From assembly GCA_051294375.1 (NCBI GenBank), contig CM119267.1:4269453-4333452 (forward strand): DNA of 64,000 bases. The letters are read 5' to 3'. This stretch comes from Paraspadella gotoi (lineage: Eukaryota > Animalia > Chaetognatha). The position numbers and the translations under genes are program-made. This document shows positions 1 to 13,100 of this stretch, in pieces. The notes below the pieces were generated by a model. The model was not told the origin of the DNA. It did not search any database and saw nothing but the letters and a program-made list of their open reading frames with translations. The first letter of the stretch is position 1, and every line of letters begins with the position of its first letter.

Positions 1-35
1 CTCTTTCTTCAACATAATGACTTGGCTTTTTCCAG

Positions 36-567
36 TACCCTGCGCTACGCCAATCGGGCCAAGAACATTAAAAACCGTGCGCAAATCAACGAAGACCCGA
101 AGGACGCCTTGCTCCGCCAGTTGCAGCAAGAGATGGAAGAGCTGAAGCGACAACTCAGCGAAGCCGGGGACGAGGACGGCGAAGGGGGCGAGAGCGAGGG
201 TTAGCTCTGAGAATGAATAAATAAATAAATAAATTTAAAAAAATGAAATAAAATCTAATTCGACCGATTCAGGCGAAGACGAAAGTCCCGGAGTTCAACG
301 TCGGCGAAAAGGGGCGCGCCGCGGCAGCAAATCGCTGAGCAAAGAGAAGAAAGCGGAGATCATGAATCAGATCGAGGTGGATCGAAGGGCGTTGGAGCAG
401 GCCAAGGACATGGCGGAGGAGCAGAGGAAGAAGGTGGAAGAGGAGTTGAAGAAGAGGGAAGAGGAAATCCGAACCGCAGATGAAGAACAGAAGTTGTTGT
501 CGAGGAGGTTCGGTCGATGAGAATTTAAATTTTGTGGCGTTAAGTTGTTTTTATTTTCGATTCATCC

Positions 568-616
<49 letters not shown>

Positions 617-1510
617 GTTGAGTCAAATCGAAAAAAAGATCATCGTCGGCGGCGAGAATCTGCTGGAGAAAGCGGAAGAGCAGGACCGGTTGCTGCAGGA
701 GAGCGCCGCAGAGCTGGAGAAGCGGCGGAAGCGCGAGGACGAGCTGCGGGAGGCGCTGGAGGCGAGGGAGGCCGAGCGGCTGGACATCGAGGAGAAGTAC
801 TCGACTTTGCAAGAGGAGGCGGCCGGAAAGACCAAGAAGCTGAAGAAGGTGTGGACCATGTACATGGCGGCCAAATCTGAAATGGCCGATCTTCAGCAAG
901 AGCATCAGCGAGAAATGGAGGGCCTCTTGGAAAATGTGCGGCAACTGTCTCGGGAACTCAAACTGCACATGCTCATTATCGACAGCTTTATTCCTCAGGT
1001 GGGTCGAGAGACAGATTTTTGGTCTTTAAGATAAAGACCGTCAAATTATGTCTTTCAAAACGATTCAGGAATATCAAAATATGATGGAGCAACATGTTCA
1101 CTGGAACGAGGACATCGGCGAATGGCAGCTTAAGTGCGTCGCATACACTGGCAACAACATGAGAAAACAGACACCCGCTACCGACAGGTAAGGTGTACCA
1201 TGAGACGATGATTTAAAAAAAAAAAAAATGCGCTAAGGCATTAATTTATAAAATACTCCATCTTTCGATCCTCAGGGACGCGGATCTCGACTCGGAACTC
1301 GACTTGTCCCACGTTTATTACGCGTATTCCGAAGAAGGCGCCGCCATGGCGCTCGGCAACTCTCCCCGTGGCAAAAACCGAGAGGGCGGGGGAAAAGGTC
1401 GACCCAAGACCGCGTCGGGCCGGGAGGGTGGGGGTCGGCCCAAAACGGCTGGCGGTAGCAAGAAGAAGTCAAGGAATCCCCAAGCCGACATCAATTCCCT
1501 GCTACAATGA
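36..1510 (+). CDS. KIF3A: Kinesin-2 motor subunit KIF3A, 3' portion (spliced; 5' part lies outside the window)
   Basis: Approximate exons are 36-199, 273-517, 617-998, 1069-1186 and 1276-1510, with GT-AG introns. Motifs: end of motor domain ([27 protein letters not shown]), coiled coil ([17 protein letters not shown]; [11 protein letters not shown]), tail ([21 protein letters not shown]), RPKTA repeats and terminal DINSLLQ*. AATAAA at 1873. Confidence 0.95.
568..614. repeat. (CT)n microsatellite forming the polypyrimidine tract of a KIF3A intron
   Basis: Perfect TC run that ends directly at the acceptor AG. Confidence 0.95.
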
Positions 1511-2011
1511 GAGCCCAAATAATTTGATCTGCCCCTTCCCTCAACCATAGAAAACGTATGTTCTCGATCTCTAGTTTTCCGGAAACTCGGAAATTGAACT
1601 CAAGTGTCCTTTTCCTTCAAGAATCGCTCTTATCATTTTAAAAGTTTCGCACCTCCCTCCACCTCCCTCAAACCTCCCCCCAATCTCCCCCAATCTTCTT
1701 TAATCCTCTCTGACGAGGATTATGGAAAGAACTTCGACCGGGCGGGTCTCGATGTAAAGTCAGTCGTTACTCGCCGCGGTCACTGGAATGAAAAAAAAAA
1801 GCCTGCTTGTACCGAATTTATCACTATGAGAGCGTTGTCTAAGGAACGGTTTTTCACTAGTTAAATTTGTGAAATAAATATTTCTCAACTTCAACGCCCT
1901 CCTGTCGTTTGCATTGAAAGTCGACGTAAGCGACGAATTGTTCCGTCATTTATTCTGTGATTCACGCCACTGTACTTTCTTAGAGATTACCTTTTCCTCT
2001 CGACTCATAAA

Positions 2012-3685
2012 ATGGCCGAGACTCCGGAAGTGAAAAGACGCAAAGTCTCGTCCAACGACGTCGATGACGTCGTCGAAGCTGAAAAGAGAAACTGCGCCGA
2101 TGAAGCGGCGACCGGCGAAGATTCTCCGGTTAATGACCTCGACAAGTTCAAGATCGTCAAAGTTTTGAATCACTTGAGGGAAAAACATTGCATCTTCCTG
2201 TTGGCGAAAGACGAAACTGATAAAGATGCCGTCGTAAAATTAGAAAAAACTGCCTTTGACGTTAGTAGAATCGAAAAAGCAAATTGTCTAAAAAACATAA
2301 TTTAAGTAAATATAAAATTTGTGCTAAAAAACAAACTACCAAATCCTACTCGTTCGCTAAATTCCCTTTCAAAACCCAGGAGGATCTAAATTTGCTCAAT
2401 CGGTTTTGTTCTTCCGAACTCGAAACGAAACTCGTCTTCAACAACGACATCTACTCGACGCTGATGGCGACTCCGTCCGAAGCGTTGGTTCGCGATGCCG
2501 CGGCTCTCAAAGCCTCCGTCATCCACCCGGCCACGCCTAATCACATCATCAAATATTCGGAGCAGGTAGGTCTTAACCAGAATAAAATGTCTCGGCATAA
2601 AATCGAGTTAGCGATATTTTTTGTAATTTTTTTCCCCCGGGACAAAGAGAGAGGGGGGTGGTGTTTATCACCTCGTCATCTTTTTATTCCCCCCCCCCCA
2701 ACCGTTCTCAGGAGGTTTCCTACGTGACGGAGACGGCGGCGGATTACCGCTCGATCACTTTGCCTTATTTGGAATCCAACTCCTTCGACTGTCGGTGGAT
2801 TCACAACATTCTCGACCACAAAAAGGAAACTGAGAGAATTATTTTCGAGGACGACGACGACGAGAAGGGATTCGTCCTTTTGCCAGGTTTTTTTTTTTCT
2901 CATATTCGTTTCTAAAAAAAATTTCGATGGAAAGGCTTTATTTTATTTTATTTATTTAAATTTTTTTTTTTGCGCACCGATCATTTTTGCGCTTATTGAT
3001 ACAAAAATGGAAAATTAATAAAAAAATCGGGGATTAAATGTATTTTTGAGTCTTAACAACAACAAAAATTTTGTTTATTTTCATTGGTGAAAAAAGCCAC
3101 AAAAAAAAAACTACTATTATTTTAGACATGAAGTGGGATGGACGCCAATTGAGCGATTTGTACCTGAGCGCCATCGTTCGTCGTCGCGACTTGAAATCGA
3201 TTCGCGATCTTCGTGCTCAACATTTACCGCTTTTGAGGAATATCCTGACCAAGGGAGTCGAAGCCATCGAAAAAAAGTACAATTCGCCTGCATTTCATTA
3301 TTTACGAGAAAACGAGTGATATTTTAAAAATAGAAGGGAAAAAAATATTATTTTTTTTTCGTCAGATATTCTGTTCCGCTTTCGAAACTCGTGATGTACT
3401 TTCACTATCAACCGACTTATTATCATCTTCACGTACATTTCACGCACGTTTCCTTCGAAGCTCAGGGACGAGACGCGTCGGGGGTAAGATTCGTAACGTG
3501 ATTGGCCACATTTCATTTTCTCATTTCTATTTTTAATTTAATTTTTTTTTTAGGCTCAAGTATTTCAAACTGTGCTGAATCTGATTGAAAAAGACGGAGA
3601 TCACTTCGCGTCTTGCGACATTCCATTCAAACTAAAACACAATAGCGGACTTTATAAAGTTTACAAAGAGGCCGGAAAGATTTAA
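2012..3685 (+). CDS. DCPS: m7GpppX scavenger decapping enzyme (HIT family), spliced
   Basis: Motifs LEKTAF, FNNDIYST, VIHPATPNHIIKY, WIHNILDHKKETERIIFED, GFVLLPDMKWDG, SIRDL and the HIT motif HYQPTYYHLHVH (~3403-3440). Stop TAA at 3683-3685, AATAAA at 3707. Confidence 0.95.
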
Positions 3686-4136
3686 AATTAATTTCGTTTT
3701 TCGTCGAATAAAATCTTAAAACTTTTTAGGTCTTCACTTTGCTGAGTTTAAAAAAGTGATTGTTGCTTATTTCTCCGTTTCGATGTCAATTACAGTTTCC
3801 TTTCTATAAATAGGCGATATTTTTTTTTAATTTTACAAGCTGACCGCGCGGCGCTACTTTTTTTTGGCGGATATTTTTTTAACTCTCTTCATATCCTGTT
3901 TACTGTTTCTGTTATGTTGGTTATGTTTTTTAGGTAATGTTATGTTTTGCAATTGAAATTATTTTGAAAGATTGCGGGAATGGGAAAATGCAAAAACAAA
4001 AAACCGCCGAGTCGACTGTTACTCCATGAACTTAATATTAAAAGAACCCAGTAAAAATCCAGTTTTATGATGCGGAGCGCTTAGAAGAACAAAAAATATA
4101 ACCGAGTCATTCTGCGAACAAAGGAAAAAAAAAATC

Positions 4137-7100
4137 ATGAATCGACATCAGGTTAGTGTCTTCATGATGTAGATTTAGTTTCGTGATTGTAATCTATTCC
4201 ATCGGCAACACCCCCTTCGTGATCGCCATTGCTAGGTTCTCACCGGTGCCGTCAATTCCGGCGACTACTGTCACGCCGTCGGCTACGTAGAGGGTGTGCC
4301 GTTCGTAGCCTACGGCGCCGGTTGCGACGTGGTCATCCTGGCGGCGGACTTTCAACGCGTCCAGATCATCCCCGGCGCCACGCACGGCAACGTCCAGATC
4401 TCCTGCCTCGACTGCAGCCACGAATACGGGAAGATCGCTGCCTCTTACGGTCCCAGGGTCTGCGTCTTCGAACCCATTCCCCATCATCGCGAGGCCGGCG
4501 AGACCAGGGCCAACGCGGGTCAGTGCCTACATTTTTCAAATCAAGTATTTTGGTAGTTTTGGTATTCATCAATTTTACGTTTTTGGCCCCAGGCGGATGC
4601 CGCTCGGCGGCGAATTCACTGACGAAGCATCGCCTGGACTATAAATGGCAGCAAACGGCGAGCGTCGACGCCGAGTGCCACGTGGCGTCGCTTTCGTGGA
4701 ACCTCGAAGGCACGCGCCTCCTCACCGCCGGCCGGGTCATTCAGATGTGGTTCTGCCCTGATCTGGAGCCCAAAGAGGAGGAGGCGGAGGCGTCCGAGGA
4801 AGCGGGAGATGGTGTGGTCTTCTCTCTGGGCGCGCCGACGACGACGACGACGACGACGGGAAACAAGGCGAAAATCGTCGCCAATCATCAGGTGTCGGGA
4901 GGGGGGGGTGTAGGAGGAAAGGAAAGAAGGTAAAACTATTGTATATGTATTTTTTGGGGTCTTTTTTTTTTTAATTTGACTTTATTAAATGACATTTTTT
5001 TAAAAAAAATTGTTTTAAATTATTTTAAATATTTTTAAACAAAAAAATTTTCCGTTCGTGGTTTTCTCGCGACGTAAAGTCGTTGACCGACGACGCCATC
5101 GCCGACGAACTCCTCCCGACTTCCCGTCGATCCTCGTCCTCACGTAAATGGGGACGCGATCGCTCGGCGAGTTTCACCAAGTTTCTTTCGAGAGCCAGCT
5201 TCTCTCGCTCTTCCGACGTTCGACTCGACCGAAAGATTCGCGAGAAATTTCATTCCTTTTCGAGGTGGTTTCTTTGGTCTATACCCAATTTTTTTTGAAG
5301 TAGTCCTTTTCGTCAAATATCATGTTTTCTCTCTCGTTTCACTCCTACCTTATTTACCGACAATAAGCGGTCTCCAGCGAGCGAGTCTGTCTTCGATCGT
5401 CACGCTGGGTTCCTCCAGCTCGCGTTCCTCTTTCCACGGGCGATCGACGCTCTTCGTTTCCGACTCCACTTACGAGCCGAAGCGAAGAAGGCACTTCTCC
5501 GAATCCATGGCCGGCACAAATCCCGCCGACCCCTTCGCCAGTTTCATGGCCTTTGATTCGTTGAAGAGAGTTGTCGAGTCGAGGAGGGAGGGCGATGAAG
5601 CGGAAGTGGGCGAGAAGCGAATGAGGAAGCGGGAAAAGGGCGGGAGTAAGGATGGAGGATCGAAGAGGCGTGTTGTATGTGAGACGAAGAAAGGGGCAAC
5701 TACTGTGACCCCTGTGAAACAGATCTCTTCTCGAGTCGCTTTTTTAGGCAAACATTTGGTAAAAAAGAGAAAATAGATTTTCGCTTAATTCACGGAACGT
5801 TTTTTATTTTTTTTTATTTATATCGAAATTCCCAGTGATCTCAATCGATGCATGCAGTTTGGAGTTTTTTTGCGGGAACAAATTGTATATAAATCACGAT
5901 ATCAAATAAACTGATTTTTTCAAAATGATGTCAACAATAAAAACATATCAAAATATACCTGGTTAAGCGTATATAATTTCATAAAATGCATGATTTTAAA
6001 AAAATTTACCCTTTTTTCGCTCACGCTTTTTTTTTTTTTTTTCAGGATTCGGCGATGGTGAACGGTTGCGCCTTGAGTTCCGACTCGAAGATGAACGGCG
6101 AAAGTTCGTTCCCTGTAAGCTGAGTTTACAAACAAAAGTCTCTCAACTAAATATCAACTCGTCTTGTAATTCTTTCGTCGATTCCAAAATTAGGATCATC
6201 GCACTTTCGCTTGGCGAACCCTCTGGCGTTGCGTGCCCTCGTCGCCAGTCTATCTGGCCCGTTTCTCGCACGACGGGTCGCTGTTTGCCACCGTCGGACA
6301 CAACGACCGCCTGGTCAAGATTTGGTACGAACAAACGGGCAACATCCACGCTTCCAGCCCCTCGCCTAGTTCCTCTTCCCCAGGTTCGAAGAATTAAGAT
6401 GACGCCTTAAGAAATTTTCTTTAATTCTAATACTAATCATTTTGTTTCTTTTCAGGCGCCGTAAATCCCAGCTTTCCTTTTGTCCCCGGCCAGCGACCGG
6501 GAGAGACCCATTTTTCTTTCGTCTACGTGGCTCATCCCCGCGCCGTCACGGGTTTTCAGTGGAGACGAACGAGCAAGTACATGCCGAGGGGCTCCGTGGC
6601 CAACGTCCTCGTCACTTCGTCCAAGGACAACATTTCCAGGTTCAATTAGTTGATTAGTTTTATTACTTTACTACTTATTTTAATTGAATTTTACTTAAAT
6701 TGTGTCAAGACTTTGGGCGGAAACGATACTCCCCGAGGACTGCGTCTCTGCGTCTTCGTCTCAACCGGCATCGGCGTTGGTGGACCCGTCCGGCCGACGA
6801 ATATCCCGGCATCACATTCACAAACACAAGGGAAAGATGATGGCGCGAATCAAGCACATCAGAAAGACGTTTCATGGCCACAAGTTCCGTCAGTCCGAAA
6901 GGCCGAAGGACACCGCTGAGGTATTGGAGGTCCGAGTCCATTGTTTTAGACATCCAAGCCATGAGCACCGGAGCAGTTTTTTTTTTAATCAAATTCTTGA
7001 TAGATTTCTACCCTCCAAAGCCACATTTCTATTTTCTTGGCTTTCCCCCCTTCCCGTATTCATACCCATCAAATCCACTTTCCAATCTTTTTACCCATCA

Positions 7101-10100
7101 AATCCACTTTCCAATCATCTTATTAATCAAATCCACTTTCCAATCTTATTAATCAAATTCACTTTCAAATCTTCTTATTAATCAAATCCACTTTCAAATC
7201 TTTTTACCCATCAAATCCACTTTCCAATCTTATTAATCAAATCCACTTTCAAATCTTTTTACCCATCAAATTCACTTTCAAATCTTTTTACCCATCAAAT
7301 CCACTTTCCAATCTTATTAATCAAATCCACTTTCCAATCTTCTTATTAACCAAATTCACTTTCAAATCTTTTTACCCATCAAATCCACTTTCCAATCTTC
7401 TTAATCAAATCACTTTCCAATTTATTAATCAAATTCACTTTCAAATCTTTTTACCCATCAATCCACTTTTCAATCTTCTTATTAATCAAATCCACTTTCA
7501 AATCATTTTACCCGTCAAAGCCACTTTCACCGACGGCTCACGACCTCCACAAGTTCGGGAGCGAAGCGGAAGCCGCCTCGTCATTGTCAGTCGGCGCCGG
7601 ATTTCACTTCCATCTGGCGGCGACCATCAATCCTGAGACGGACATTCCGCTCCTTCCGAACCTCACGGCCAACGGCGGTCCCTCTCAGTTCATTATTCAG
7701 GTGAGTTTTTCACGTTTTACTTTTTCAACATGAAGATTTATGTTTTTGGGATTATTTTAACATTAAAGTGAAAGGGAACAACTGCCACTTTTAAATGTTA
7801 TGCACTACTACTACAATACGTTAATGAAAATTAAAAATTCATGTCTGGATGGAAAAGACTTTTTTTTTATCGTAACTCCCCCCCCCGTCTTCGTCAGTGG
7901 TTGAATAACAAGGAGATGTACTTCACCCTTCGCGCGGAGGAGATTCTGGTTTCGATGTCTCGGAAGGCGTTGACTCTCGAAGCCGCGTTGAGGAATCAAG
8001 TGGAGCAGAAAAGAAAGCGGGCGGAACGAGCGAGAGAGGCCAACGAAGACAGCGATGAAGACGAGGAGAACGAAGGTGAGGGGGCGTGCGTGGGAAAATA
8101 ATCCTATATGGTGGCAGCGATGGTTTTGAGGTGCAGCATATAAAACTTCAAAAATATTCGCAGACAAAACAGAGGCGAGAAGCGATTTAGGTATATAATT
8201 CTTCGCGCATACATCGGATGAACTGAATACAAGTGTCTGTGTTGGATATAAACTTTTGTTAAACGTTGGATTAAAAATAAACTCACTTCGTTCGTGATTA
8301 TTTAATAAATGATTAGGATGACGAAGTTTAGCAAAAGTTTATGTCCAACAACTGCTTTCATCCCTTGCGCTTCCGGCGTCTAAGCGCCGCAGAAACTAAA
8401 GCTAAATATTCGTTCGGTCGTGGACGACGAGACGCCAATGACGCCAACTTCGCCCGTTTCGCCGCTGCCGTCGTCGGCTCCGGTACCGACCATCGAGATA
8501 ACCCTGGTGCCCGAAGGTCCGCGCCGCCCTCGCGGCTCCTTGCGCGGCGTTCGTTCCAAGTCCGCATCCCGCGCCTCCCGCTCCTCCGCCTCCGATTTGA
8601 GCGACGCGGAGCTCGAGATGTCACTCATTTCGGCGCCGTTCGTTTCGTCGCCGATTCATCCGGCGCACGATCCTCGGGCGCCGGAAAGGTTTCGTCGCGC
8701 AGTTTCCGAGGAGCCGCCCGAGTCAGAGGAAAAAGTAAACCTTGAGATTGTAGTGAAAAGAATTGCGATAATTTGATAATACGATAATGAATTTGGGATT
8801 CTAATTGTTTTTTACGCGCTTCGAAGGCGGAATCGGGACGGGGATTATTGGACGGAATCAGGAGCTCATTTTCTAAGTTGAACGTTTGTACGTCGATGGA
8901 AGAATAGTTTGAATCTCCATTTTTTAAAAATATCGATATTGGAGCTTCGTTGCTGAGATCGGCTCAACGTTGTTCTCTCGCCGCCGAATTCGCCTCGTAG
9001 TCGCGAACTGACGACGGCTCTATAGACTTTGGATTTAACGAATTTCCTTTTTTCTCCAAATCCGAAATCTTTCTGCTATTAATCATTTTAACCCAGACTC
9101 TTTCACGTTTCACTTACTACTTTATACATATATATTATATAGTATCGAGTATTGCGCTCTTACTTATTTAACTTTCGTCCATTTACGTAGCTGTCGTGTT
9201 GAGCATCAATAATCCACAATTGTCCTATTCTTTTTCAGCCAAAAAACGACGAGGGAAGAACTGGTTTATGAAGAAGCACGAACACCTTCAAGACGACGCG
9301 GGCGCCGAAACCGGCGAAGGCAAACTCTCCCGTCAAGGCAGCGCCGTCTCCATGGCGTCGGCGGACAGCGATGCCGGAGGGGAAGGGCCGTTGACTCCTC
9401 ATCCCACATGGGCCAAAGACTTGGCCTCACCGACCGAGGATCATTTGTGGGCGCAAATGACGCCCGGCGAATCGCTGGACCTTCGCATCGAGGCGCTCGT
9501 CCGCGATTGGCACGAGTCTGCCGACATGCTCTTCGGCGTCCATCCCCTCGACGGAAGTCTCCTAGTTTGGCTCGTCGACTTTCTTGACGAGTATATTCCT
9601 GGTGAGATTCATTAGTATTTAGTGATTTCTTCGTTTGATTTATCCATTTTATTTTCTCTTTGTTCTTAACTAGGATCGTACCGTCAGGCGCAAATCAGTT
9701 TTTCTTCTCAAATACCGAACGTCTTTCCTCTGGCCGACGCCTTTTCCGCCTCTTTCAACTTTCAGGTTGTCAAAAAACACAAAAAAATCAAATAGAAAAA
9801 TACCACTCCAACAAAAGTACATACCTTATTGTTGTTCACCCAGCTCTACTGCACTCATTCCGCTCTGGATCTCAAGTCGGTTTTGGGGATCTCTTCTTCC
9901 TCTGTTGACGACGAAGACGTCGAAGACGACTCCACGCCCGTCGACCACCAGAACCAGGAATTCGTTCCCGCCAACGCCGCCGGGAAAAACTCTGCGGGTA
10001 TATCGCGTCACGATCCTTATTTTTGTTTGTTTATTTTTACACATTTTTAATGCGTATTTCGTTCACAGGTCAGAACAAATCTTACGGATTTTCTCCCAAT

Positions 10101-13100
10101 ATTCTTCTTTTGTCGAAGCACAACAACGGAAGTCTCAATCAGTGGCAACTCAACTTTGCCCATGAATCCCGTTTTTGCACCGTCCTTAGGTCTGAAATCG
10201 AACGTGGATCAAGTGACTAGATATAATTGAACCTTAATCTTTCCTTGCTCTTCATTTCTCCCTCCCGCAGCGTCGTTCACGCTTCACGCGCCTGCGGTCA
10301 TCGCTTCCGTATGAACGACGTCTCCTGTCATCCCGTCTTTCCTCTTCTTCTTTCCACCTCCCATCACAATCAACCGCAGACTCTCGACACCGTCGAGGCC
10401 GCCTCCTCCTCCTCCTCCTCCTCCTCCAGCACGACCTCCATGGAGAACTTTTGCTCGGAGTTGATCCTTTGGTCCGTCGAGTCCGTCGGTCCTCTCTCCA
10501 AGTCTGGTGGCATCGAAGAGTTGGCGCGAATCAACTCTCCCCACGTCTCGGCTTTCTCCCACGTGGCTTGGATCCCCACGCTGCTTCCGAGCCACACCCT
10601 CGGCGGCGCCTCCGACTCGCCCTCCGCGGTTTTCGTCGCTTCGGACGGAAAGCGACTCAGGATTTATCAGGCCGTCATCGACGCCAGGTTGCTTTCTTTT
10701 TTTTTGGTACTTAAGCTAATATTATTATCAACTATTATTATTATTTTCTCAGATCATTGCTTATGGAAATCAACGGCATCGAAAAAAGATCATCTTCAGA
10801 GTTGGCGCGGCTACTGGAATCCAGCGCCAACGAAGCATCGGCGGTTTTAACGTGGTCAGCATGCAGTCCACAGGTAAATATAGAAATAACTTATAAAATA
10901 TGTAATGAAAAAGAAAAAAAGAAAAGTTCTCCATTACTTTCTCCCTTAGGACGACCCGGCTGCATTTTGGAGCTGGAATCCCTCGCCGACAGCGACGACG
11001 TCTGGCAGCAAACGCAGCTCCTCCACGCCTTTCAAGAGCAGACGCTGCTGGGTCGCAACGCGGGCGACGGCGGAAGCCTCGAGGCTGTCGTGGATCTTCG
11101 AGGCTCCGCCGCATTTCGGGAAAACTTTTATCTGGTCATCGTGGAGACGCGAAAGAACGGAGTCGGCGGGGGAAAGACTTCGATGTTGCACACGTGGAAG
11201 ATCGAACTCAAATCTCTCGATCATCCTGGTGAGACGAAGGAAAAAGATGACCGACTTTGGATTTTTTTAAAAACTTTTTAAACTTTATCTTTTTCCCTCA
11301 GATACGTCGACACAACGACACGCCGCGACGCCTCGTCTCCGGTGTCTCGGCGTCCATTCCACGCGCGTCTACTCGGAGCCGCTCCCGCTTCCGATGGGCG
11401 TTCACGTGGTTTGCGCTAGCGTCGCCGCCGGGCACCTTCCATCCTCGTCCCTCTATCCCGGTTGCTATGCGCCATATTTGCTCGGCACTGCGTGCTCGGA
11501 CGGATCCGTGCGTTTTTGGAGTTGTCGCCCGGAGATCCAAGACAACGGGATGGATCGACCTTGTCTGGAATGGAGCGAGTGGGAGATGTTTTCCAAAGCG
11601 AAGGCCAGGTTTGGTCTTTCTTTTTGTCAAGCTCAATAATATTTATATTTTTTTGGATTCATTGAAAATTTTTCTTTGGTTTCCAGCGTCGTTGAGGTTC
11701 TCGGATTTCCGGTCGCACTTAGTTGCGCCTACTCCGGAAGATTCTGCGTCGCGTATCGAGACGGATGCTACAAGAGTCTAGAGGAAGACTCTTCGCTGCA
11801 GGTAAAAAATTGTTTTCCGGCGTCAGTTATAAGAAAAAATATTCATGAAATATTTTTAAATTAAATGTAATCTTTCAACCTCAGTACGACTCGTCTTCGA
11901 CTCAAACCACCGACGTTGTCGTCTCTGTCTTCGAGTGCGAGTCGACGGGCGGTTCCGACTGGATCCTCGAAGACTCTCTTCACTTTCGTCGAGTCCGCAT
12001 TCCCAAGATTAAGGATCTGCGTCTTAACGTGGCCGACTTCATGGCCATGAAGGAGCGGAGGAACAATACCGCCAAGTCCGTGGATCATCTTAGAAAAGGT
12101 GAGTTGGGGATGAAATAATGAGTTCGAGAAAAATTTAGTCGGGGAAAGAGAGAAGAAATCCGACGATTTCTTGACGTTTAAACTGATAGCGTGACTTAAG
12201 CTGAAAATGATTTTGTGAACGTGACAATCCTCAGCCTTAGTTCCACGCGGTTCCACGGAACGTCTAGACTTATTGGAATCGTCTACTACATCGCGAAAGT
12301 CACCGGTGCCAGGGGTTTCACCATCACCCTCGGTGACCGATCTCACTCAGTATCAAGGTCTTTAATTTAGCATGCATATTTTAGCTACTAGACCTTTCAA
12401 AAACTTGCGAAGAAAAATAAATTTTGAATCGGTGACGGAAATAGGATGGCAGCTCACACTTATTGCATGTCTCTTTTAAATCTTGTTGTCAGTCTCGATT
12501 CTCTTCTGATTCCTAATGTAGCTTTTTTAAATTTGTTAAAAAACTTTTTCTTACTAGATCCTTTCAATTTGGGTAGATCCAGTTGTTCCAGTCTATCTGG
12601 GAATCGCAATTTCATCCTGTGATGGAAATTAAATTTTTTTCACCTAATCACTTCACCCCATTCCAGATTTTCCCAGCCTCAGTAGCCTCCACAAGCTTCG
12701 CGCGGATCAAGAGGGAGAGGCCAACGCGGCTGCGGACGCGATGACGCTAGCAAAGGCCGTTCAGGCCACGATTCGCCCCAAGCAGCTCGTCCACGTCGAT
12801 TGGGCCGCAGTCGAAGACGGCAGCTACGTTCTGACGGTCGGCGTCGGCGCCAGAGTTATCACCTACGCTCCTGTCGCCGCGGGTATGGAAAAAAAATAAA
12901 AACGCAAAACAAAACAAAAACAAACTTAAGTTTTGTTTACGATAGATATGGCGACATCTACTGGAGCGAGCGAAGATCGAGTCCTTAACCCTGCCGACTT
13001 TTCTCGCCCGAGCCTCCAAAGGACGAAGACCCTGGCGGTCGAGCCCTCGCTCGGCGTCGGCGGTCTTCCTCCCGGCGGCCCAGCCATCAAATGGGTCAGA

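Noticed and set aside
2012-3685. DCPS presence as evidence for trans-splicing (trimethyl-cap turnover)
   Set aside because: DcpS is near-universal in eukaryotes, so its presence says nothing about spliced leaders.
7040-7529. CRISPR-like array
   Set aside because: Units are contiguous and degenerate with no unique spacers, there are no cas genes, and the context is a eukaryotic intron. It is a minisatellite.
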